Assembly: GCA_014860575.1 (NCBI GenBank)
Contig: JACZJK010000035.1
Coordinates: forward strand, 67,175-131,174
DNA: 64,000 nucleotides
Reading direction: 5' to 3'
DNA from: Bacteroidales bacterium
GTDB taxonomy: Bacteria > Bacteroidota > Bacteroidia > Bacteroidales > JAAYJT01
This document shows positions 1 to 7,990 of this stretch, piece by piece. Each line of letters begins with the position of its first letter. Position 1 is the first letter of the stretch. A program made the translations under genes and the position numbers. The notes under the pieces are model-generated. The model was given only the letters and a program-made list of their open reading frames with translations, did not search any database and was not told the DNA's origin.

Positions 1-3
1 CTT

Positions 4-648
4 TTGCAAATGAATGACACACTGCATATTGGACGCGGAAAGGAAAACCATTTGGTTGTAAAAGACGAAAAGGTGAGCAGCAATCATTGCTGCATCAAAA
101 AGCTTTCCGCTAATGAATTTATTGTTGAGGATTTGGGAAGCAGTAACGGCACATTCTTAAATGGCAAGAGAATAATGCGGGCGGCCCTGACAGAAACCCA
201 TACGTTGTGCCTTGCTTCTTATGCTGTTGAACCCAAATTCATTTTATCATCTTTCGATCACGTTACGCTGAAAAAAGGCGTAGCTTATGAAGATCTTATC
301 AAACAGGAACATATCTTTCATGATTTTGCGAACCTGAAGATGATTTATGATCAATACCAGAAAGAAAAGCGCAGGATTATGAAAAGCAATACGCTAAAAA
401 GTACCGGCCTCCGGGCAGGACTGTCGTTTATTCCTGTGGTTGGTGTTGCACTCGGCATCTTATCAACGGGAGTTACAGGTAATGTCCAGGAGCAGTTAAT
501 GGAACTGGAAGAAACATTTAAAAGAAATTATATCTGCCCCGGTTGCTTTAAGTTCTTAGGTGCCGAACCGTTTGAGAATATGGAGAAAAGGGGCTTTTGC
601 CACGCCTGCAAAACAAAATGGAAGCGAAAACCAATAATATTAAAGTGA
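4..648 (+). CDS. FHA-domain protein with a central hydrophobic segment and a C-terminal 4-Cys zinc ribbon
   Basis: The frame is open to window position 1 (TTG at 4; ATG at 10 gives MNDTLHIGRG), so the 5' end may be cut. FHA hallmarks are HIGRGKENHLVV, VSSNHCCI and DLGSSNGTFLNGKRI. There is a hydrophobic run AGLSFIPVVGVALGILSTGV and a CPGC-x17-CHAC motif near the C-terminus. Confidence 0.8.
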   Translation: MQMNDTLHIGRGKENHLVVKDEKVSSNHCCIKKLSANEFIVEDLGSSNGTFLNGKRIMRAALTETHTLCLASYAVEPKFILSSFDHVTLKKGVAYEDLIKQEHIFHDFANLKMIYDQYQKEKRRIMKSNTLKSTGLRAGLSFIPVVGVALGILSTGVTGNVQEQLMELEETFKRNYICPGCFKFLGAEPFENMEKRGFCHACKTKWKRKPIILK

Positions 649-671
649 ACAACAAGCTAAAATCAAATATT

Positions 672-1790
672 ATGAGCACAGAAAAAACCAATGCCGGCAA
701 AGATCTTTCGTTTGTGAACCCTGAACCAAATGAAAGACTGTTAGATCCAAAAACAGGAAAAACCATCAGCAGGAAGAAGTCACTCTTCATGGCAGGTGGC
801 GCAATGGCTGCAGGAGCAGTGTTAGGCGATTTTTCACAGAGTCAGGAAATTACTGAAATATTACTTGATAGTGATGGCGATGGGGTTGCTGATTCTACGT
901 TAACTGATGAAAACAATGATGGTGTTTTTGAGGTTGAGACATCACTTAGTGAAGATAATGCACAGCAAACCGAAACCCAGGCGCAACCGTGGAACCCAGG
1001 TACTGCTCCAATGGCCGGTTCAGGAACTGTAAGCGACAACATGTCTTTTTCCGAAGCATTTTCAGCCGCCCGCGAAGAACTTGGAGCTGGTGGAGTTTTT
1101 GCCTGGCAAGGGCAGTACTACAACACTTTCTATGCAGAAGAACTGGATGACAACAACCAACCTGTTGTTGATTATCCAACAACAGACTATCATGGTTTGC
1201 CACAAGTTGATTTCAATGAGAATGCTGCTGAGTCAATACATGATGAAGGCGGGTTTGAGAGTGCAGATACAGATTCTGGTTCTGACCTTGACCCTCAGGC
1301 GCTGGCTGCAGACCTGGACATGGATGGGAATGTAGATGCGGTTTTTGTTGATCTGAACCTTGATGGAAGCGCAGATGTCATCTACACCGATATTAACCAG
1401 GATGGCCAGATTACAGAGGATGAATTTATTATTATTCATGATCCTGCTGACCTTGTAATTCCTGAAACCCCATCGGATGGTTCAATGATGTCAGTTGATA
1501 CGAACGCTGATGGAATTGACGATATGCTGCTGGCCGATGTTGACTCCGATCAGGTTGCCGATATGCTTGGTGTTGATGCAAACAGGGATCAGCTTATTGA
1601 TGAAAGCGAAATCAGTGTCCTTAATGCGGAAGCTATGGAGGATACATCATTTGGCCCAGCTGAAATAGAATACTCGGGTGAGGTTTCAGTGGATATGCCG
1701 GAAGATGTATCCGATGAAATGCTTGACAGCATGGATGATGATTTGTCAAGCCTCGAAGATAACTTTGATGAAATCAATGAGTGGTCGTAA
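672..1790 (+). CDS. Membrane-anchored poly-acidic protein with DxDxDG-type (calcium-binding-like) repeats
   Basis: The track ORF starts at 597, inside the upstream gene. The first ATG after that gene's stop is 672 (MSTEKTNAGK). RKK is followed by the hydrophobic helix LFMAGGAMAAGAVLG. By my reading the remaining ~310 aa contain no Lys and only two Arg, and are dominated by D/E with DSDGDG, DENNDG, DLDMDG, DLNLDG, DINQDG and DTNADG motifs. Confidence 0.75.
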   Translation: MSTEKTNAGKDLSFVNPEPNERLLDPKTGKTISRKKSLFMAGGAMAAGAVLGDFSQSQEITEILLDSDGDGVADSTLTDENNDGVFEVETSLSEDNAQQTETQAQPWNPGTAPMAGSGTVSDNMSFSEAFSAAREELGAGGVFAWQGQYYNTFYAEELDDNNQPVVDYPTTDYHGLPQVDFNENAAESIHDEGGFESADTDSGSDLDPQALAADLDMDGNVDAVFVDLNLDGSADVIYTDINQDGQITEDEFIIIHDPADLVIPETPSDGSMMSVDTNADGIDDMLLADVDSDQVADMLGVDANRDQLIDESEISVLNAEAMEDTSFGPAEIEYSGEVSVDMPEDVSDEMLDSMDDDLSSLEDNFDEINEWS

Positions 1791-1803
1791 TTTATTCTGA
1801 CTT

Positions 1804-2319
1804 ATGCAACTCAAATGCTCCAAGTGCCAGAAGGTTAATGTTATTGCCGACGATAAGCTGCCAAAGGACAAGGAAAAGGCCATGGTAAAATGCCCTGCAT
1901 GCCAGCAGGTTCTTGTGTTCACAATTCCAGCGGCATTAAGAAAATCAACTGTTCAGGATGAGAAAACCGTGATCAGTGGCGGACAAACCATCCATCAGCG
2001 CCCGATACTCTGGCATGCAAACGATGGCACGGAATACAATCTGGAAAAGGGTATTAATATCATTGGCCGTGAGGCTGATATTTCATTTCCAAACGATCGC
2101 TACATCAGCCGTAAACATTGCGTTATAGAGGTTATAGAGAAATATGGTGAAATGCAATGCATCCTTACCGACGACGGAAGTTTATCATCAAGTGGTGAAC
2201 CCAGCACCAACGGCACTTTCCTCAACGATCTCAGGTTAACCCGCTATGACAAACTTTTTCTGAACCACGGTGATAAGATCAGGGTCGGGCGCACGGAATT
2301 TCTTTTCAAAAATGACTAA
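1804..2319 (+). CDS. Zinc-ribbon + FHA domain protein
   Basis: N-terminal CSKC-x21-CPAC ribbon. C-terminal FHA hallmarks are INIIGREADISF, ISRKHCVIEV, STNGTFLND and GDKIRVGRTEFLF. It starts 13 nt after the previous stop. Confidence 0.85.
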   Translation: MQLKCSKCQKVNVIADDKLPKDKEKAMVKCPACQQVLVFTIPAALRKSTVQDEKTVISGGQTIHQRPILWHANDGTEYNLEKGINIIGREADISFPNDRYISRKHCVIEVIEKYGEMQCILTDDGSLSSSGEPSTNGTFLNDLRLTRYDKLFLNHGDKIRVGRTEFLFKND

Positions 2320-2334
2320 CGAGACCATCATTCC

Positions 2335-3927
2335 ATGATAGGAGAAAAAATACATCATTACAGAATTACCCGTTTGATTGGCGAAGGCGGCATGGCTTCG
2401 GTGTATGAGGCATTGCACGAGAAATTGCAATCGAAAGTAGCAATCAAAGTGCTGAACCCCATACTCACTGCCAACGCGAATATCCGCCAACGGTTCGAAA
2501 ACGAGGCACGTTTCATGGCCGGCTTAAACCACGCTAATATTACACGGGTGATTGATTATGAAGAACGCCCCGATTTGCTAGCCATTGTAATGGAATTCCT
2601 TGAAGGGGAAGACCTGAATGTAATCATTAAAAAGCATGGCCCCATGCCGCTGACAGAAGCTATTCCCATCTTCCTGCAGGCATTGGATGCGTTTGAGTAT
2701 GCACATCAGAAAGGGATTGTTCATCGTGACGTTAAACCTTCAAATATTTTTATAAAATCTTCGGGTACCGCAAAGATCCTTGACTTTGGGATCGCAAAGA
2801 TCGTTGGCGGTGCTGATGACATGACCGTAACCGGAACCCAGATGGGAACTCCCGTTTACATGAGTCCTGAACAGGTAAATACCGATAAAAACATTGATCA
2901 TCGCAGCGATATTTATTCCCTTGCTGTTACGCTTTATTACATGCTGAATGGCAAACCGCCTTATGATGTGACAACCACATCGAGTTTCCAGATTTATACC
3001 CGCATCGTCCACGAACCATTGCCATTGCTGGGCCGTTTCCCGGAGATTGACGAAATCCTGAAAACAGCCACCCATAAGGATCGCACTTTAAGGTATCAAA
3101 CATGCAGGGATTTTAAGCTTGCGCTGATTGAAGCCACACAGACACCAAACTCTGCTCTGGATAAACAAATCACACTTCCTGCTATTGATGATGATAAAAC
3201 TATGATTGATGATGGGTCGGATACCTATAGTAGTAAACAGGGCAAGAATGAAGTTAAGGGAAAGCATGTGGCGCAGAAGAAAGATCCGGTTAAGGTAGAA
3301 GGCAACAACACGATCAATAAGCCTCAGAAAACAAATAAGACAATTTTTGTCCTGGCTGTATTGCTGGGCTTGTTGGCGCTAATAATTATTCTTTGGCGAA
3401 CCGTTGGGCCTTTTGAATCACACACTGCTGATTTGGCGCGCCAGGATAGCATTCGTGTTGCTGACAGTTTGAATAAGGTCAGGGATGAAATACGAAACCG
3501 AAGAATAGCCGATAGCCTAGGGGTTCAGGATAGCATACAATCCATAATTAATGATTCAGTAAATAGAATAAGGGATATTTACCTGGGTGATCACCTTTTC
3601 AGTTGCTATTTTATCGGTAGTGATGAGCAGTTTGGGAAGGTTACAATACAGGAAGCGAACGGGGTGTTCAATTTGAACGGCAGGCATGAGCACCAAGGCA
3701 ATTCTGTTAAGATTGAAGGAACCATTAAAGTCCTTTCCTTACGAAAGTTTGAATTCACTGGAACAATCACATCCAATAATAAATCGGAGTCTAATGCTTC
3801 CTGCACATGGAACGGTACTACTGTATTCTGGGCATCAGGTTCAAGAAGGTACTGGCGAACTCAAGATCATAATTGTTTTAGTCATACCGGAGATATGGAT
3901 ATCTATTTTAACAGATCTGGCACTTAG
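2335..3927 (+). CDS. Hanks-type Ser/Thr protein kinase, single-pass membrane protein with an unknown C-terminal ectodomain
   Basis: GEGGMASVYEA..VAIKVL (ATP site), HRDVKPSNIF (catalytic loop), DFGIAK and GTPVYMSPEQ. One hydrophobic helix IFVLAVLLGLLALIIILW lies after a K/Q-rich linker. The last ~165 aa have no motif I recognise. Confidence 0.9.
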   Translation: MIGEKIHHYRITRLIGEGGMASVYEALHEKLQSKVAIKVLNPILTANANIRQRFENEARFMAGLNHANITRVIDYEERPDLLAIVMEFLEGEDLNVIIKKHGPMPLTEAIPIFLQALDAFEYAHQKGIVHRDVKPSNIFIKSSGTAKILDFGIAKIVGGADDMTVTGTQMGTPVYMSPEQVNTDKNIDHRSDIYSLAVTLYYMLNGKPPYDVTTTSSFQIYTRIVHEPLPLLGRFPEIDEILKTATHKDRTLRYQTCRDFKLALIEATQTPNSALDKQITLPAIDDDKTMIDDGSDTYSSKQGKNEVKGKHVAQKKDPVKVEGNNTINKPQKTNKTIFVLAVLLGLLALIIILWRTVGPFESHTADLARQDSIRVADSLNKVRDEIRNRRIADSLGVQDSIQSIINDSVNRIRDIYLGDHLFSCYFIGSDEQFGKVTIQEANGVFNLNGRHEHQGNSVKIEGTIKVLSLRKFEFTGTITSNNKSESNASCTWNGTTVFWASGSRRYWRTQDHNCFSHTGDMDIYFNRSGT

Positions 3928-4006
3928 TTGCTTAAAATTCAAAGCTTGCCAAGATATTACCGTTTTTTACTAACAATCAGGATTTGGAGAAAAGGAGACC
4001 GCAAAA

Positions 4007-4639
4007 ATGTTTAAGCAAATCAGAGATATGCTTGATAATGCTCAAAGGCTTGCTGAAGCAGAAACAGCGGCAGCAAATCCAATAGTTTCTAACGACCCTA
4101 AGATAAATTTCGAAGAACTAGTCAAGTTATCTGAAATCAAAAATTCGCGTTTTAAGATTGCAGGTGATGCCCAGCAATTTGAAATTATCTGCAAACCGGA
4201 TTATTTTATTGTATTGCTCTGGGCAGTATTTATCTTCTATGTACCGGTTCGTTCAATCATTGAACAGAGCTTTGATTCAACCAATCTGATTGTAATGTTT
4301 GTTTTACTGGGTGTAATGCTTTTTTACTATAAGTATGCCAATACTACCTACATTATTATTGTTGACAGTCATCAAAAACTAATGTTGTTAAAAAGCAATG
4401 ATCCGGTAGGAAGAATTCTAAGACCCGAAATAGTTATTGAATTCAGGGACTTTACTGATTTTTCAGTTAAGCGTATCTTTACCAAAATGAAAGGTACAAC
4501 CCGCCAATACTGCAAGGTATATATTCATTCTAAAAATGATAAATTAGCGCTCATTTACCTCCCTGATGAACAGCTTAACGTTGTTGACCACAAATTATTT
4601 ATAGCTAACCTGAAAAGCATTTTAAAGCATCATATCTGA
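4007..4639 (+). CDS. Hypothetical 2-TM membrane protein
   Basis: 210-aa ORF, co-directional, 80 nt after the kinase. Two hydrophobic helices (YFIVLLWAVFIFYVPV, LIVMFVLLGVMLFYY). No recognisable catalytic motif. Confidence 0.6.
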   Translation: MFKQIRDMLDNAQRLAEAETAAANPIVSNDPKINFEELVKLSEIKNSRFKIAGDAQQFEIICKPDYFIVLLWAVFIFYVPVRSIIEQSFDSTNLIVMFVLLGVMLFYYKYANTTYIIIVDSHQKLMLLKSNDPVGRILRPEIVIEFRDFTDFSVKRIFTKMKGTTRQYCKVYIHSKNDKLALIYLPDEQLNVVDHKLFIANLKSILKHHI

Positions 4640-4761
4640 TTTTGTTTTTTACCAGTTTTGCAAACCGCTAAAATTACTTTTGCCAGCAGTTTGTCACTTT
4701 ACGGTGAAGGCATAATTTTTCTGTTTAAAAAATGCACATTCCCTCACATTAAATCTGTTTG

Positions 4762-4769
4762 TATCTTTG
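4762..4769 (+). promoter_or_regulatory. Candidate Bacteroidota -7 promoter box (TATCTTTG) for the regulator gene
   Basis: Exact match to the TAnnTTTG consensus, 34 nt upstream of ATG 4803. It overlaps the TTG at 4767 that the ORF track used as the start. Confidence 0.4.
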
Positions 4770-4802
4770 AACCTGCTTAAATCACCGATTTGGTTCAAAC
4801 CG

Positions 4803-7679
4803 ATGCTGACCAGGAAAAGGGCACATAGTTTAAGGATAAACACTCTCAACCTTGGGTTGCTTATTCCTTTTCTGGTAATTCACAGCCTTTTTTATTCTCA
4901 AAGCCCTTATCACATAACCAATTATAAAAAATCTGATTATGGCGCTGCCAATCAGAATTGGGATATTGACCTTGATGCCAACGGCAACGTTTTTATTGCC
5001 AATCATAAAGGCTTGCTCAGTCTTTCAGGTTCGCATATTTCCCTGAACGAACTTCCAGGCAAAACTATTATCCGCTCGGTAGCATCCATCAATAACAGGA
5101 TTTATACTGGTTCTTTCGAGGAATTTGGTTATTGGGAAAATGATGAGAACGGTCAGTTGCATTACTATTCGTTAGTTCCGTTGCTTACTGGTGATTCGTT
5201 GCTGAATGATGAGATTTGGAAAATTGTAAATGTGGGAGACCAAATCTATTTCCAGAGTTTTGGGAAATTGCTTTGTTACGAAAACCATCGTGTCAGCTCC
5301 ATAACAATTCCGGGTTCCATGATGTTCTTGATCAAATGCAACGAAAGACTTTTTGCCCAGCAAATTGATGGTGGACTTTACGAAATCATAGACAAACAGC
5401 TAATTTTTATTGAAGGAAGCCAGATATTCAGCGAAACGGAAATTAAGGCGATATTGCCATTGGAGAACGGCAGGTTTATAATAGGAACAAGTTCCCGTGG
5501 GCTCATACTTTTTGACGGCCTGGATTTTCAGGAGTGGGAGATTCCGGTTTCAGAGCAACTTAAAGCCTTTAAGATCAACAACGGGATCAGGATTGGCGAC
5601 CGGCTGATTTTTGGAACAATCTTGAATGGCGTTTTTATTCTCAGCCTCGATGGCGAACTCGTTTATCATATCAACACAGCAACATCACTTCAAAATAATA
5701 CTGTGCTGGCAGTTCATGGAGACGCTGACAACAATCTTTGGGTAGGGCTTGATAAAGGCTTTGATTATATTGCATTCAATACCCCCCTTGTAACTTACAT
5801 CGAATCAGCGGAAAGTTTTGGAACCGTTTATGCTGCTTGTCTTTTTAAGAACACACTTTACGTTGGAACCAACCAGGGAATTTATTATTTCAGTATGTAT
5901 GCTGATGGGTTGCTATATAACAAAAAGTTTCTCAACGGATCACAGGGACAGGTTTGGTTCATCAATATAATTGATGGGGCTCTCTACTGTGGGCTAAATG
6001 ATGGCACATACCTGATAAAGGACAATGAGCTGACTCCTGTGAGCAACGTCAGCGGAGGTTACAATCTAAAGCATGCCACATTGCATGATGAGCAATTCAT
6101 GATTCAGAGTACATATAGCGACCTAGTGGTTTATAGTAAACAAAATGTAACCTGGATGCAAAGCCATACTATGGCTGGATTTGGAGCTCCGGCGCGCTTT
6201 CTTGAAATGGATCATACCGGAAACATTTGGCTGGGGCATACCATAGCAGGCTTGTATTTGGTTCAGCCGAACGCTGGATTAGATACAGCTATGCTTGTAC
6301 TCAAACCAGGCATCGAACATGGCATCCATGATAATTGGAACCATATTTACAAAGTTGACAACAGAATTATTGTACCAACCGGCCAAGCCTTGCTGCAATG
6401 GGATGCCATTCAAAACAAAATGGTTCCATACCATGAACTTGCAATGCAGCTTGAAGGATTTGAAGCATCGCATACAATCCTTTCGGCAGGGCCAGGTAAA
6501 TACTGGTTCATAAAAGAAAACGAAGTCGGTTTTTTCGAGATCCGGTTTGGTAAGGCCGAACTGTTGTATCGCTTGCTTCCGCAGATGTACAGCCTGAGCA
6601 TGGTGGAGGATTATGAAAACATCGTAGCGCTCAATGACAGCCTGCAACTTATTTGCCTTGAGAATGGTTTTTCTATTCTGAACCTTCAGCGTTTGAACCG
6701 GCTACCTGACTTAAACGCACCACCGCTGATCAGCGAGGTCGTTTTCTGGAAAACCTCAGAAAATAAGATACGGTACAAACCTGACACCGACTCGAAAAAG
6801 CAGTTTAAACATAGTCATAATAACCTGCAGTTTATCTTTTCAGCGCCCGGCCCAGTTGGCAAAAAGAAGTACTTCCAGTATAAACTACATAGTTTTGATA
6901 TAGATTGGAGCGATTGGATCACTACATCGGAAATCACTTACAACCGCCTGCCTCCCGGGTCTTATACATTCATGTTACGAACACTTACAAACCAGGGAGT
7001 GATCACACAAAATGCACAGGTTTCAATAAAGATAAGGCCACCCTGGTACCTCTCGTATTTTTCATTTGCGTTTTATGTGCTGTTTTTTGTTGGCCTTGTT
7101 TGGTTAATAAGGCTCAATTACCTGCGGAGAAACTGGAAAAACCAGGAGGAGATACTTCGCAAGGAACAAGAGAAAATTCTGCTTCAAAAAGAACAGGCCG
7201 AAAGTGAGGTCATACGATTAAGTAACGAAAAGCTGCAATCTGAAATAATGTTGAAGAATTCGCAACTTGCCAACAGTACGATGGCGTTGTTAAGAAAGAA
7301 CGAATTGCTGGGCAATTTGCAGGAAGAGTTAAACCGGCAAAGGGAAGAACTCGGGCAAAGACTTCCCAGGAAATATTTCATGCGTATTAACCGATTGATT
7401 GAAAACAGTTTTAAGAGCGACCAGGAATGGGAAGTGTTTGAAAAACTTTTCGACCAGGCTCATGAGAATTTCTTCCAGCGACTCAAATCTGATTACCCTG
7501 GCCTTACCCCAAGCGATCTCAGGCTTTGTGCTTACCTGCGCCTGAATTTATCATCAAAGGAAATTGCCCCATTGCTTAATATCTCAGTAAGAGGGGTTGA
7601 GGAGCGGCGATACCGTTTACGTAAACGCCTTCATCTGGCATCAGAACAAAATCTTATAGAATTTATACTTGCTTACTGA
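4803..7679 (+). CDS. Transmembrane one-component regulator: propeller-repeat sensor + Y_Y_Y domain + TM + coiled coil + LuxR/GerE HTH
   Basis: N-terminal hydrophobic anchor, then ~650 aa of propeller-like repeats. A Y_Y_Y-type segment (YFQYKLHSFDIDWSDW..YNRLPPGSYTF) is followed by the TM helix FSFAFYVLFFVGLVWLI and a heptad-rich stretch. The C-terminal HTH reads LTPSDLRLCAYLRLNLSSKEIAPLLNISVRGVEERRYRLRKRL. I see no histidine-kinase H-box, ATPase or receiver motifs. Confidence 0.8.
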   Translation: MLTRKRAHSLRINTLNLGLLIPFLVIHSLFYSQSPYHITNYKKSDYGAANQNWDIDLDANGNVFIANHKGLLSLSGSHISLNELPGKTIIRSVASINNRIYTGSFEEFGYWENDENGQLHYYSLVPLLTGDSLLNDEIWKIVNVGDQIYFQSFGKLLCYENHRVSSITIPGSMMFLIKCNERLFAQQIDGGLYEIIDKQLIFIEGSQIFSETEIKAILPLENGRFIIGTSSRGLILFDGLDFQEWEIPVSEQLKAFKINNGIRIGDRLIFGTILNGVFILSLDGELVYHINTATSLQNNTVLAVHGDADNNLWVGLDKGFDYIAFNTPLVTYIESAESFGTVYAACLFKNTLYVGTNQGIYYFSMYADGLLYNKKFLNGSQGQVWFINIIDGALYCGLNDGTYLIKDNELTPVSNVSGGYNLKHATLHDEQFMIQSTYSDLVVYSKQNVTWMQSHTMAGFGAPARFLEMDHTGNIWLGHTIAGLYLVQPNAGLDTAMLVLKPGIEHGIHDNWNHIYKVDNRIIVPTGQALLQWDAIQNKMVPYHELAMQLEGFEASHTILSAGPGKYWFIKENEVGFFEIRFGKAELLYRLLPQMYSLSMVEDYENIVALNDSLQLICLENGFSILNLQRLNRLPDLNAPPLISEVVFWKTSENKIRYKPDTDSKKQFKHSHNNLQFIFSAPGPVGKKKYFQYKLHSFDIDWSDWITTSEITYNRLPPGSYTFMLRTLTNQGVITQNAQVSIKIRPPWYLSYFSFAFYVLFFVGLVWLIRLNYLRRNWKNQEEILRKEQEKILLQKEQAESEVIRLSNEKLQSEIMLKNSQLANSTMALLRKNELLGNLQEELNRQREELGQRLPRKYFMRINRLIENSFKSDQEWEVFEKLFDQAHENFFQRLKSDYPGLTPSDLRLCAYLRLNLSSKEIAPLLNISVRGVEERRYRLRKRLHLASEQNLIEFILAY

Positions 7680-7681
7680 TC

Positions 7682-7728
7682 TTCGAATCCTCTCATCTGC
7701 CGAAAGTCAACTCAGATTCGAATTTTTT
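7682..7728 (+). terminator. Possible intrinsic terminator after the regulator gene
   Basis: TTCGAATC (7682-7689) pairs perfectly with GATTCGAA (7715-7722) and is followed by TTTTTT (7723-7728). The 25-nt loop is large, so confidence is modest. Confidence 0.4.
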
Positions 7729-7904
7729 CCTCTAAGTAGTTCTATTTATCCTATTGTCATTTCCACATTAGAAATTTAACAACGTGCATGTTATAGGCAT
7801 TATTTGAGTATTGATGTGGTAATGATGAGGTGTATTTTACTGTTCGTTTTCCAATGATGTATACTAGATGATTGCCATTTCTTGACTTTAACTTTAATTA
7901 AGTG

Positions 7905-7912
7905 TAACTTTG
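7905..7912 (+). promoter_or_regulatory. Candidate -7 promoter box (TAACTTTG) upstream of the SusC-like gene
   Basis: Matches TAnnTTTG inside a 310-nt AT-rich intergenic region, 79 nt upstream of ATG 7991. Confidence 0.4.
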
Positions 7913-7990
7913 CTAAATTGCTGAAAATCTGAAAAAAATTGTAATGTTTATTGTTTTTAACAAGCCAAAGTCATTTAAAACAACTAAATT

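Noticed and set aside
597-671. An upstream extension of the acidic-protein ORF that overlaps the first FHA gene by 52 nt
   Set aside because: The first ATG after the upstream stop (672) gives a normal cytoplasmic tail plus a TM helix. The extension has no support.
1-4639. The FHA/kinase cassette as a type VI secretion regulatory module
   Set aside because: No T6SS structural genes (TssB/C, Hcp, VgrG, TssK etc.) are visible in the window. An upstream location cannot be excluded because the cassette touches the window edge.
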